Below are positions 35,894-45,105 of a stretch of 64,000 nt of DNA, piece by piece. A model generated the notes under the pieces. That model did no database searches, was not told the DNA's origin, and was given only the letters and a program-made list of their open reading frames with translations. Both the position numbers and the translations under genes were made by a program. This DNA is from a virus. Its lineage: Duplodnaviria; Caudoviricetes. Position 1 is the first letter of the stretch, and each line of letters starts with the position of its first letter. The DNA lies in IMG/VR virus record IMGVR_UViG_3300042291_001013; one strand, 5' to 3'.

Positions 35894-36597
35894 TGTAGTA
35901 TTTTATGCTCTTGTATGTAATTTGTCAAGAACTCATTGAGTTTTGCATGATGACCTATTGCCGGATGTGTCATATCTGGAGGAACATGCGGTGCACCTGG
36001 TGGATACTTTTTAGGCTCCACACCTTGTGCGGCTTGCCAGGCTGTTGCTCGCCACTGATATCCATCAACAATTTCTGGGCAACAAAACAAACTCAATCTA
36101 GAATCTTCAAGATATTCCTGATACAAATCATCGGCCTGCTGAAACATCAACACTCGATGCCCTCTAGATTTCAAACTGTCAATTGTGCTGAGCATACGGT
36201 ACATGAGATCTTCAGTACGATCCAAAATGCTGTATACTTCAGTTTTGAGTTTGGTTTCCACAAACTGTTCAGACTCTTTTTGGTTCCAGCCTGTTTGCCA
36301 TCTGTAAGCAAACTCTTGGTTTTGCGGATTTACCCATCGTCCTTCAAAATCATTTTCAGATTCACAGATGGGTATTTCTAGTCTGCTGAGAAAGGTCATA
36401 CCCAACACATACAAGGTCGGTGGTGCTGTGTAACTGTGTTTAAGAGTGGTACGAAGTATTCTGCTGTTGGCGCTGCCACTAACAGCAATACTGTGGGCGT
36501 TAGCTATACCTAGACGCTGTGCTAGATCTTGATGGCCGTTGCCCAATGCGTAGGAATGTGTGTAACTGCATCCGTTTACAACCAATTGTTGTATCAT
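35890..36597 (-). CDS. SGNH-like protein
   Basis: NGCSYT, SGSAN, THPAIGHH. Confidence 0.7.
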   Translation of the reverse strand: MIQQLVVNGCSYTHSYALGNGHQDLAQRLGIANAHSIAVSGSANSRILRTTLKHSYTAPPTLYVLGMTFLSRLEIPICESENDFEGRWVNPQNQEFAYRWQTGWNQKESEQFVETKLKTEVYSILDRTEDLMYRMLSTIDSLKSRGHRVLMFQQADDLYQEYLEDSRLSLFCCPEIVDGYQWRATAWQAAQGVEPKKYPPGAPHVPPDMTHPAIGHHAKLNEFLTNYIQEHKILQ

Positions 36598-37037
36598 TTT
36601 TCTTTGCCGGCAGCTTTGTGATAAGCGTCAATTTCTTTCTGTGTGGTTATTGCAGCCAACACATCTATTTCATCATCCTTGTAGGTGGGATAAATGGCTA
36701 TCAAGGCTTTGCGTTTTGCACTTAGGCCTGCTTCTTTTTTCTTGGGAGCAATCCACAGATGTCGCGGGGTTCCCAAGCCTGGACTCACTGCTGTAGCACA
36801 CAGCCATTGCAGTTTGGGATGACGACCAATATCAAAGAAGTGTTTGTTGAGATAGTGGTTGCAACTTTGCACATAATATTCTTGTAGTTCTTGAGCGCCT
36901 TCCACAGCCGAGCTCCAACGCAACATCAAGAACAGGCTAAACTTCTTGCGCTCTTCTTCAGTGAGCTCGTTGTAGAAGTTTTTATTTTTGCGATCCAGCT
37001 GTCGCATTTCATTGGCAATGTTTAGTTTATCACTCAT
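36594..37037 (-). CDS. Putative clamp-loader small subunit (T4 gp62-like)
   Basis: EEERKKFSLFLMLRWSS...HPKLQWL...WI resembles the gp62 pattern; replication context. Confidence 0.55.
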   Translation of the reverse strand: MSDKLNIANEMRQLDRKNKNFYNELTEEERKKFSLFLMLRWSSAVEGAQELQEYYVQSCNHYLNKHFFDIGRHPKLQWLCATAVSPGLGTPRHLWIAPKKKEAGLSAKRKALIAIYPTYKDDEIDVLAAITTQKEIDAYHKAAGKEK

Positions 37038-37347
37038 TGGTTTTGGTTAGTTTATAGATCATTATAACACGGGCCAGCGCATCTTGTAAAGTGGGATTGG
37101 TTCGAGCGGTGCGCCGAATTTCTCCCCACATCTTGTCTTCCATTATGTGATCGTGTAAAGGTCTGCCGTCTGCGGTTCTCTTATCATAGTCTATTTTGTG
37201 CCCAGATACTGGATCATAATCTGTGCCTGATTCATATCCTACTACCTGACGTGTACTGGGATCAGCGCCCGACTCACGAGCATAGATAATACCTTCTGAT
37301 CGTTCATAGACGTATGTTGCGCCAGGCTTTAATGTACCCATTACCAA
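37030..37347 (-). CDS. Hypothetical protein
   Basis: 105-aa ORF, YVYER...IYARE. Confidence 0.7.
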   Translation of the reverse strand: MVMGTLKPGATYVYERSEGIIYARESGADPSTRQVVGYESGTDYDPVSGHKIDYDKRTADGRPLHDHIMEDKMWGEIRRTARTNPTLQDALARVIMIYKLTKTNE

Positions 37348-37841
37348 GACTTGTTGTAATCTACAATTTCGCAGTTGCGACTGATGTCCTTGACAAAGTA
37401 CACACAGTCGGGTTCAGCGTCGTCGTTTAAGGGCACGGCCAGCATCTGCCCATTCTTGAGTTTGGGTGCATACCATGATACTTCATGATACACATCTAGT
37501 ATTTCAATGTCAGGAAAGCTGGGTCTGTAACTGCTGAGTGGGTTGAATTGAAATACTTTAAACCCACGATCATTAATTGATGTCAAGGGCAACACTTCTA
37601 GGTCACCAATGTCAGGCTCACCTATTAGAATTTGCCAGTCCATGGGCATTTTAATTGTAGCAGATCCAATGCGTAATACCAGTGCAGGTGCATTAAAACT
37701 TTCTAGAAAAATCAGTGGTATAAAGTGATAGTCAGGGTCTGCTGGATTCGAGTTATCAAGTATAGCAAAGCGCATGTCATCAACTTCTTCGGGAAGATGA
37801 TCTAGGTCGTAGTAGCTGTTATCAAGTGTTAATATTCTCAT
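37341..37841 (-). CDS. Conserved phage hypothetical protein
   Basis: Start MRILT, 6 nt after TATACT. Confidence 0.7.
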   Translation of the reverse strand: MRILTLDNSYYDLDHLPEEVDDMRFAILDNSNPADPDYHFIPLIFLESFNAPALVLRIGSATIKMPMDWQILIGEPDIGDLEVLPLTSINDRGFKVFQFNPLSSYRPSFPDIEILDVYHEVSWYAPKLKNGQMLAVPLNDDAEPDCVYFVKDISRNCEIVDYNKSW

Positions 37842-37855
37842 GTTGTTAGTATACA

Positions 37856-38440
37856 TTATTTTTCGGGGCGTGTCAAGATGACACCATTGTCTATGGTTTG
37901 ATAAACTATTTGCCAGCCCCGGGCTAACAAATAAACCACTACTGGTCCAGACTTACCAATCCAACAGTCGTTGTAACAATAGGTATCATCTAGCGCCACC
38001 ACTGCTCTGGGAGCCAACACATTGTACAAGGCCAACAACTGACTCATGTGTGCAATTTGACAGGCCTGATTGGTCATTGGCGTGCCATTGGAAGCATACT
38101 GCCGCATTTGAACTTCAATTGCTGGCGACGTATTGTTGATATCCCAGATGTAATCAAAGTTGTCTAGGTACAAAACAGCAACATCAGTGTAGCTGGTTGC
38201 AAATTCACGGGCCCAGGCAGCTCCGTCAGCCACAACAAATTGGGTATTGGTACAAGTTGATTCTAGCCAACTTTTGGCCTTGCTTAGTATGTCTACTGTG
38301 ATGAGTTTGGTGTTGTGTGTGCTGGCCAAACGGTCTAGATACTGGCTAGATCCTTCGCCTCGGTCTGATCCTATTTCCACAAACACACCATGCACAGTAT
38401 CAGGCAAGTGTTTGCCAATGTGTTGATATACCGTTCCCAT
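37856..38440 (-). CDS. Methyltransferase-like protein
   Basis: FVEIGSDRGEG, LYLDNFD, VALDDT. Confidence 0.65.
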   Translation of the reverse strand: MGTVYQHIGKHLPDTVHGVFVEIGSDRGEGSSQYLDRLASTHNTKLITVDILSKAKSWLESTCTNTQFVVADGAAWAREFATSYTDVAVLYLDNFDYIWDINNTSPAIEVQMRQYASNGTPMTNQACQIAHMSQLLALYNVLAPRAVVALDDTYCYNDCWIGKSGPVVVYLLARGWQIVYQTIDNGVILTRPEK

Positions 38441-39150
38441 TATCGCCAGCCCATGGTCATTGATTTTAGTATTTCAAGAAAGTTGTCATGGCATTCTTGA
38501 TCGTTGTGCGTAACTGACTTTTCATAATCATACGGGCCCTTGGGCATCAAGCAAGGCAGTTGATCTTTGGGCCACACACAGTCTACCCAACTCCAGTCCA
38601 TGTAGGCCATACCATGTGGAATGTACACAAAGGGAATACGAGCTTGTTGTAGTTTGCGCAACCCGTCACTGAGTACATAGAAATTTTCTTGGCGCTTGAG
38701 TCCTGAATTGTGCAAGTCAGCAACGTAATTTTTGATTGCTGTTTTTTGTTCGTCAGTGACCATGCGTTCGTGATTGCTGTGCAACAAATTCACAATGGTA
38801 TCACTGATTACCATGGTCCTGTGCTGACGTACTGTGGCTTCAACTTGACTTTTGTATCCTTTGAGCAAGATGTTTTCCATGGTCAAGTAATTGATAATAT
38901 CACCGTCTTGGCGCACAGGAATGTCCATTCGATCACTGCTGGTGCAACCCACTATCACATAGTCTGCTCCGTTGGCAATGGCATAATCAATTTGCAAACG
39001 TATTAGAAATATAGTTGCGCCTGCACGACCAAGACTGACGTGATCAAAGCCTTTATACTCAGCAAACATCTGCAAAAAACTAGTGACTTCTTTTTGCGGA
39101 TGGTCCAAGGTCATGTAACTGTCGCCGCAAGTGAACAATCGCTTTTTCAT
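38440..39150 (-). CDS. SGNH-like protein
   Basis: CGDSY, LGRAGA, THN. Confidence 0.65.
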   Translation of the reverse strand: MKKRLFTCGDSYMTLDHPQKEVTSFLQMFAEYKGFDHVSLGRAGATIFLIRLQIDYAIANGADYVIVGCTSSDRMDIPVRQDGDIINYLTMENILLKGYKSQVEATVRQHRTMVISDTIVNLLHSNHERMVTDEQKTAIKNYVADLHNSGLKRQENFYVLSDGLRKLQQARIPFVYIPHGMAYMDWSWVDCVWPKDQLPCLMPKGPYDYEKSVTHNDQECHDNFLEILKSMTMGWR

Positions 39151-40616
39151 TTGATTTTCATCCACTCTAGTTTCTCTGCAGAGAAAGGATAGTTGGCTTC
39201 TCGATAGAACTGTTTGCGCTTGGTCAAGTGGCGCTTGGCAAACTTGCAGGTTGAGGTGATGTCCCAGATTTGAACATGATCTTTGTCTTCTGCTTTTCTT
39301 ATGCCGCGTCCAATGCTTTGGATAACGCGGACAAAACTTTTCCCGGGTTCCACAAGAACCAAATTAAAAATCCTAGGGATATTAATGCCCACAGCGGCAA
39401 CACCATAGGTAGCCACAATAATCTTATCAGTGCTGTCTGCAACTTCATCATATTCATCTTGTCTATCTTTTGCTTTGGTTGCACCCGAAACAAACACAGC
39501 ACGATCTCCCAGTCGAGATACCAGTTGGCGGCCGCATTCAGTGCGATCTACCAACACTAGAGTGTTGCCTGTTTCGTTTACGTGTCGTATGAGTTCTGCC
39601 ATGGCATCTAGTCTGCCCGACTCTTCCAACAAATATTTAAGCTCACTTTGATAGTTGGAGTACTCCACATGATCCTGTAACTGCACAATGTTCACATGAC
39701 ACTGTGCCAACACACCTTGTTGTTGTAGCTCGTTAGCAGTTAATTTGCCAATTACAGGTCCCAGGCTCACCAACAAGGATTGGCTTTCAAACTTTTCCTT
39801 GGGTATAGTTCCAGTCAATCCCCAGCGAATTGGCACTCTAGCCATTACGCCAGTAAGCAGGGTCTTGAGTGCATCAGCTTTGGCCATGTGTACTTCATCC
39901 ACCATTACACATACCACATCCTCAATAAAGTCTTGTATGGTCACATTGCCTACACCTGCTTTGGTATTCTTTAGTAATACGTTCAGGCTCTGCCAGGTAC
40001 AGATAGTGTGCTTGTGACCATGTTCTTTTCTGTCACCAAAATAAACGCCCACATCTAGTCCCACATTGCGATAGTCTTTTTCTGTTTGTGTCACAAGACT
40101 TTTGTTGGGCACAATCACAATACTTCGTCCATGTGGCTCCACTGCCGCACTTAGAGTAGCTGTCATAATTGTTTTGCCTGCGCCTGTGGCCACTTCTTGT
40201 ATGCATTGTGGGTTGGTCAAAAAGTTGTTCACAATCTCCACTTGGTAGTCACGCAACAGGATAGGCTTACCTTCTGCAGGATGTCCTTTGGGCCAGGTTT
40301 TGTGTGCAAACGTTTGTTCTGTAACTTGATCAAACTCAAATGTAGTTGAGTAGTCGCGCTGATCATCTAGTTCAATGTCCCAGTTGTACTTTTCTAATAA
40401 GGGCAAGATCTCGGGCAGTAGATTGGTATATGTTGATCCGCCTAGTTGGAAGTAACTGACTTTGCCGTCCCAGCGTCCTAATCTCACTGCTGGCAAGTAT
40501 CTGGCGTAGGGAACGTCATACTTGAATGCTGTGACCAGGCGCTTGCGCATGTCAAGGTCCAGACCTTCTATTTTGATGTTTACTTCATCACGTATAACGA
40601 TTGTGGCTTGTTTCAT
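39147..40616 (-). CDS. uvsW: SF2 DNA helicase UvsW-like
   Basis: LRDYQ, ATGAGKT, DEVH, GLTGT, QSIGRGIR. Confidence 0.92.
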   Translation of the reverse strand: MKQATIVIRDEVNIKIEGLDLDMRKRLVTAFKYDVPYARYLPAVRLGRWDGKVSYFQLGGSTYTNLLPEILPLLEKYNWDIELDDQRDYSTTFEFDQVTEQTFAHKTWPKGHPAEGKPILLRDYQVEIVNNFLTNPQCIQEVATGAGKTIMTATLSAAVEPHGRSIVIVPNKSLVTQTEKDYRNVGLDVGVYFGDRKEHGHKHTICTWQSLNVLLKNTKAGVGNVTIQDFIEDVVCVMVDEVHMAKADALKTLLTGVMARVPIRWGLTGTIPKEKFESQSLLVSLGPVIGKLTANELQQQGVLAQCHVNIVQLQDHVEYSNYQSELKYLLEESGRLDAMAELIRHVNETGNTLVLVDRTECGRQLVSRLGDRAVFVSGATKAKDRQDEYDEVADSTDKIIVATYGVAAVGINIPRIFNLVLVEPGKSFVRVIQSIGRGIRKAEDKDHVQIWDITSTCKFAKRHLTKRKQFYREANYPFSAEKLEWMKIK

Positions 40617-41467
40617 TCTAAGGTTACTTGCTGTACCCATTGACGTCGGGCAATTTGAAATAGTAATTCTTCTCGACTGCCTGTGTACTCTAAATCTGCA
40701 ACAGGAAATCGCAAGGGTTGTGCTTTTATATTATACACACTTGTGATGTTTTGTGCAACAAAAAAGTCTTGATGTTGGTCAATGTAGTGTTGTACTGACC
40801 CATATATTTTGCTCAGATTTCTATCATGAAACTGCACGTTGAAGTCTGCACTGTAGTGACTGAACGGGCAAAATGCATCATCAGCAATGTACTTATCGTT
40901 GTCATGAGCAAGGTCTTCTACAGTTTTGCCAATTTCACAGTAATTTAGATACACGGTGCCAAACTTTATGTTCCAGTCGCCGTATGCACTTTGTAATTCA
41001 GGTGCAAGTTGATGTATCTTGGGCATGCCAAACCAAGTGCAAACAAATCTTGGTTGAGTACCTGCGGCAACACTTTCACATCTATGTACTGCCAAGTTTA
41101 ATTCAGCCAAGGCTTGACGAACTGACTCGGGCGCACGAAGCCAGTAGTCTGAATCTTGCTGATCCAGTAGCCCGTGGTAGCGTTCAAAGATGTTGTGCAA
41201 GTAATTGAGACAATCCTGTGTGTACTCAAATGGCCTGTGTATGATTGGATCCCAAAGATTGATTGTGGCAATGCAACGTTGAATGTCGGCCACAGCACGT
41301 TCACGCTCTTGTAGTGGAGTGCCAAATCCGTAAAATCTATTGGGATGGTCCAAGGGCCAAGCCTGACGCTCGTGCATACGTTGAGCCCACAAGTCTGCCA
41401 CAGGTGTTTTACGAACACGAAAATTCAATGTCAGTGGGTCTTGTTGGCCTAGAGTAATCAAAAGCAT
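40613..41467 (-). CDS. Hypothetical protein
   Basis: 284-aa ORF with its own promoter. Confidence 0.75.
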   Translation of the reverse strand: MLLITLGQQDPLTLNFRVRKTPVADLWAQRMHERQAWPLDHPNRFYGFGTPLQERERAVADIQRCIATINLWDPIIHRPFEYTQDCLNYLHNIFERYHGLLDQQDSDYWLRAPESVRQALAELNLAVHRCESVAAGTQPRFVCTWFGMPKIHQLAPELQSAYGDWNIKFGTVYLNYCEIGKTVEDLAHDNDKYIADDAFCPFSHYSADFNVQFHDRNLSKIYGSVQHYIDQHQDFFVAQNITSVYNIKAQPLRFPVADLEYTGSREELLFQIARRQWVQQVTLE

Positions 41468-41473
41468 TGTAAC

Positions 41474-41502
41474 AGTATATACTCACTGTAAACAAAAGTC
41501 AA
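41474..41502 (-). promoter_or_regulatory. sigma70 promoter (probably leaderless transcript)
   Basis: TTGACT-17-TATACT, 6 nt before the ATG. Confidence 0.75.
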
Positions 41503-41534
41503 AAAAACAGGTACCTTTTTTAAGGGTACCTGTT
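41501..41534 (-). terminator. Intrinsic terminator
   Basis: 10-bp stem AACAGGTACC/GGTACCTGTT followed by a T-run. Confidence 0.85.
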
Positions 41535-41587
41535 ATAAAACCTGGGCCGGAGCCAACCGTTTGTATGCCCAGGGAAACTTTTAAAAG

Positions 41588-41704
41588 TCAAGCGCCATAA
41601 TATTCCAAACTCTTTACAGTAAAGCCTGCTTCTTGTTGCTCATCTGCTTCGTATTTTGTTTCTACAGAATACAAGTACAAATCACCATCCCAAATTTCAA
41701 ACAT
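41588..41704 (-). CDS. Small acidic protein (38 aa), not in ORF track
   Basis: MFEIWDGDLYLYSVETKYEADEQQEAGFTVKSLEYYGA; TAATG coupling. Confidence 0.65.
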   Translation of the reverse strand: MFEIWDGDLYLYSVETKYEADEQQEAGFTVKSLEYYGA

Positions 41705-41889
41705 TAATAAGTTTCCTTTACATAGTTGTATTGATCCGCAGGCCATTGTGTTTTAAACTCTTCTGATTTGACATACTCATTGTATGCTTTGGCATCAAAA
41801 AACATTTTGCGGAACACTGACGTAAACTGGCCCTTGAGAGTTACCGTTAGGTAAATGGATTTTGCTTTTCCTGCCATATCAATCTCCAA
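41704..41889 (-). CDS. Small hypothetical protein
   Basis: Likely start MAGKAK after GGAG. Confidence 0.65.
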   Translation of the reverse strand: MEIDMAGKAKSIYLTVTLKGQFTSVFRKMFFDAKAYNEYVKSEEFKTQWPADQYNYVKETY

Positions 41890-41971
41890 ATATTAAAATT
41901 ATAAAAGCATAAAGTAGTGCCCAGATTGGGTGTCCTAACATTACCAACATTAGAACACCTATCCAGGGCAT
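41879..41971 (-). CDS. Small hydrophobic peptide (30 aa), not in ORF track
   Basis: MPWIGVLMLVMLGHPIWALLYAFIILIFGD; fills the gap after the AAA gene. Confidence 0.55.
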   Translation of the reverse strand: MPWIGVLMLVMLGHPIWALLYAFIILIFGD

Positions 41972-41972
41972 G

Positions 41973-43001
41973 TTAGGCTACCTTCATGCAAGTAGTTTCA
42001 GCCAGACGCTTCCAGTTCAATACTGACAGCTTGCGCAAGTCTGCAATCTTCAGCGCCATACGCAAGGATACCTCACGCAAACGATTCTTGTTGTCGTCCA
42101 TAAACGTAATGATGTCGTCTTGAACAGCTTCTTCAAAGTCGTAGTCTGCAAACAGCACACCGTCTTTGGCAATCTGTTTGATACGCAACAATTTGTCACG
42201 CATGGTGTCCAAGGTCAAGTCCAAGTAGTGGCACCGGCTTTGCAGTGCGTCCAAGTGATCCCGCAATTTTTGCGACTTCATCTTGTCAAACTTAAGGTTG
42301 GTAATAAAAATTACACTACCTTTGAACTCAAAACGGTCTGGGATGCCTTCACGGCGCAGAGCACTAGACTCTGACAACCAGGAGATAACACGTTTTTTGC
42401 CGGAGTCCAGGGCACCCTTGAGCAAGTTAAGAGCAACGTCATCCAGCAGGATTGAGTCACAGTCGTCAAACACAATTACACAATTTGAGTCAGAATACTT
42501 GTAGAGTGTTTGGTACAGGCCAATCGGGGTAGCACTACCTTTAACAACCTCGGCACGTAGTCGCTTGCCGGCCAGCTTGTCAAACAAACAAGCCTTATCA
42601 ATTTCTGTCTCAACGCCGTAGCTCTTGCCCACGCCTGGGGGGCCGCTCACAATCATAGCACGGATGTCACCGGTTACAGTGGCCTTTGTCATCTCATGCA
42701 GAATGTCAAAACGCTCACGGATACGATCCATGGCCTGTTCGTCACTTTCAACAACCGAAACTGTCTTTTCAAAATGTACAGTATTATCTTGCACAGGGTC
42801 TACTCCATTAACATATTCAAGATCACGTATGCCGTCAACACGGATACGCACGACATCAAACTCAGGGCCAAAATAGCCATCTGATTGTACAGTAACAAAG
42901 CCGCCTTTGCTACCAGTTTGGAAACCCTTAACTAGATTAAAGGTAACATTGTTCACGGGCTTGTTGCGATAAACACCGTTAATAACTCGAATTGCACTCA
43001 T
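41973..43001 (-). CDS. AAA+ ATPase
   Basis: Walker A GPPGVGKS, Walker B VIVFDD, ALQSR. Confidence 0.88.
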   Translation of the reverse strand: MSAIRVINGVYRNKPVNNVTFNLVKGFQTGSKGGFVTVQSDGYFGPEFDVVRIRVDGIRDLEYVNGVDPVQDNTVHFEKTVSVVESDEQAMDRIRERFDILHEMTKATVTGDIRAMIVSGPPGVGKSYGVETEIDKACLFDKLAGKRLRAEVVKGSATPIGLYQTLYKYSDSNCVIVFDDCDSILLDDVALNLLKGALDSGKKRVISWLSESSALRREGIPDRFEFKGSVIFITNLKFDKMKSQKLRDHLDALQSRCHYLDLTLDTMRDKLLRIKQIAKDGVLFADYDFEEAVQDDIITFMDDNKNRLREVSLRMALKIADLRKLSVLNWKRLAETTCMKVA

Positions 43002-43031
43002 AGTTGGCTCCTTTTTGTGCGTTAAAATTGT

Positions 43032-43060
43032 ATTATAGCTGGAATTGATTTATTGGTCAA
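43032..43060 (-). promoter_or_regulatory. Early sigma70 promoter
   Basis: TTGACC-17-TATAAT. Confidence 0.85.
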
Positions 43061-43064
43061 CCGC

Positions 43065-43241
43065 TTAGGCTGGGGCAAACAACTTGCCCATCTCGTTAAA
43101 AACTACACGGCTTGCACGACGCTGAATGTACGTCAATTCATCTTCGTCGCTGTTCATCTGCATTAGAGTTTCCAGCAGTCCGGGCAAGCGCCAGTCTTTT
43201 TGGTATTGCTGGACCACTTGCATTGCTTGTTCAAAGTTCAT
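43065..43241 (-). CDS. Early small hypothetical protein
   Basis: Start MNFEQ after AAGGAGCC. Confidence 0.7.
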   Translation of the reverse strand: MNFEQAMQVVQQYQKDWRLPGLLETLMQMNSDEDELTYIQRRASRVVFNEMGKLFAPA

Positions 43242-43271
43242 TTTTGGCTCCTTGTTACTTACTATGCCACT

Positions 43272-43300
43272 ATTATAGCAAATTGGGAATATTTGGTCAA
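43272..43300 (-). promoter_or_regulatory. Early sigma70 promoter
   Basis: TTGACC-17-TATAAT. Confidence 0.85.
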
Positions 43301-43323
43301 CCAAAGAGTAGTACTAAAAAGTA

Positions 43324-43533
43324 TTACTTTTTGAGAATTTCGTAGAAATGTGAGTTGATTGTGTCCATTTCTTCGCGGGAAACGTAGAAATCTGTGGTGG
43401 GATCGTAGTAGGCACCTTCTTTGTTGCAATAATACAACACTCTACCCGAGAAGTTGAACGGGCCTTCAAGCCCCGGGCGGGCACCGTATTTTTGACGCAT
43501 GTGGTCTACAGTATCCAAAACACGATATCCCAT
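43324..43533 (-). CDS. Early small hypothetical protein
   Basis: YGARPGLEGPF...YYDPTTDFY; AAGGAGCC SD. Confidence 0.75.
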   Translation of the reverse strand: MGYRVLDTVDHMRQKYGARPGLEGPFNFSGRVLYYCNKEGAYYDPTTDFYVSREEMDTINSHFYEILKK

Positions 43534-43559
43534 CTGGGCTCCTTGCTGTTTAAGCCACT

Positions 43560-43588
43560 ATTATAGCAAATTGGGATTTTTTGGTCAA
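43560..43588 (-). promoter_or_regulatory. Early sigma70 promoter
   Basis: TTGACC-17-TATAAT. Confidence 0.85.
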
Positions 43589-44325
43589 CCACCCCAGATT
43601 GTGCGTAATTCTCCCGGGGGCAACTGATGTGGTTTGGGCTGGCCGTGGAACACTACCACAGCAGTGTTTCCGGCTATACGAGCGCCAGCGCCGGGCTGAC
43701 GATGACTGCGGCGTTGGAAGTCGTATCCGCCATCCAATACTTGCCAGCGATAACTTTCAAACAACTGATCTTCAAACAGTCTGCGTTGATTGACATTTAG
43801 TACATGACCCAAGTAATCTTGATCCCCGGGCCAACGTTTGACAACTTCGTCAATGTTGAGCTTGGCAAAGTCGTCCCAGATCCAACCAAATTTGTCTGTG
43901 TCCATGTACATCATGCTGGAATTGATGTTGCTGATATTTTTGCGTTGCAAATATCTAAAGTCACGCAAGGCCCAAAAGTAGTCAGTGTGACACTGTGTTA
44001 TCCAACCAAGGTCTCGTACAACAACAACATCAAGATCAAGATACAGTAAAGGGCCATCAAAGTGCTCGCGATTAAACAACTGCATCTTGTACCACCAACT
44101 GCGTTTGGCGCCACCAATACCAGGCCATTCATCCAGGCAATGTTTGATCATGTATGGTGGCACACTGCGATGGTGTTCAGTGTAAACATGAAGACGTATA
44201 CCTTGTGGTATGTTTTTGACCAACATGTTGTACAAACGTTCAACATAGAGCCACTCGTATCCTGTGCCGTGAATCACACAAGCACAGTCTACAATTTGGT
44301 CAGTACGTGGGAACGTTTTGCTCAT
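43585..44325 (-). CDS. GT-A fold glycosyltransferase (GT8-like)
   Basis: WWYKMQLF, LYLDLDVVV (DxD), NSSMM, GDQDYL, VFHGQPKP. Confidence 0.85.
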   Translation of the reverse strand: MSKTFPRTDQIVDCACVIHGTGYEWLYVERLYNMLVKNIPQGIRLHVYTEHHRSVPPYMIKHCLDEWPGIGGAKRSWWYKMQLFNREHFDGPLLYLDLDVVVVRDLGWITQCHTDYFWALRDFRYLQRKNISNINSSMMYMDTDKFGWIWDDFAKLNIDEVVKRWPGDQDYLGHVLNVNQRRLFEDQLFESYRWQVLDGGYDFQRRSHRQPGAGARIAGNTAVVVFHGQPKPHQLPPGELRTIWGG

Positions 44326-45104
44326 GACCAGTAAGGATACCGACGTAACACAGCATCAACCGGTGCAGGATACTGTGGATCAACTTGATTGGTAGCAGTT
44401 TTGTGATTGATTGCAGTGCCGTCAAGTCGTTTGAATGTTTCTAACATTTCGTCTGCATCTCGATGTTGTGTTTCAATGCAACTCCAAGCCTTGCTTTTGA
44501 TAATGTCATCATTACCAATCCAGCCCCAGTGCCAGCCAGCAGTTTTGGGAAATTGCACACAGTGGCTACGGTCTTTTTTCTTTTGAGCATGTCCCACTCC
44601 ACTCTGCAACCCCTTGTACAGTTTGCACGGATCTGCAAACATGTGTTTTTTGGCCACAGCATTTCCAGTCCACTTGCGATCTACTTGTTGATCCCAGCGA
44701 TAGATATACATGTCCAAGGTGCAAGTCACGGGCTGGTTTGCAGTGTTGACCAGTTGCAATATTTCAGGCCACAGTTCAGGATTAATAATTTCATCCAAGT
44801 CACTGTGCATCACAATGTCTTCATCACTGCAATCTGCATAGCCTTCTAACAGTGCCGAACGCTGTCCGTTTTCAATGTCCCAGTTGGTCCAAGTTTCGGG
44901 TATATCAAGACGTACTACATGCAGTCGATCTCCCCAGTGGCTGTAGCGATCCATGTTGTCTGACAGATAGAATGGTTTGGGCCTGCCGCTCATGGTGCGG
45001 TTACCTTCACAAATGACCCAACGGTCCACATAGTGTTTGGTAAGTTCCAAACGTATGTCTAGCATATCGAACTCGTTGTTGAAAAGTGTGGTGTCTACTA
45101 TCAT
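44322..45104 (-). CDS. GT17-like beta-1,4-N-acetylglucosaminyltransferase
   Basis: FNNEFDMLDIRL, EGNRTMSGRPKP, ENGQR, SDLDEI, GWHWGW. Confidence 0.8.
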   Translation of the reverse strand: MIVDTTLFNNEFDMLDIRLELTKHYVDRWVICEGNRTMSGRPKPFYLSDNMDRYSHWGDRLHVVRLDIPETWTNWDIENGQRSALLEGYADCSDEDIVMHSDLDEIINPELWPEILQLVNTANQPVTCTLDMYIYRWDQQVDRKWTGNAVAKKHMFADPCKLYKGLQSGVGHAQKKKDRSHCVQFPKTAGWHWGWIGNDDIIKSKAWSCIETQHRDADEMLETFKRLDGTAINHKTATNQVDPQYPAPVDAVLRRYPYWS

Positions 45105-45105
45105 G

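Noticed and set aside
37341-37841. Stand-alone Hint/intein domain
   Set aside because: No N-terminal Cys/Ser and no C-terminal HN motif.
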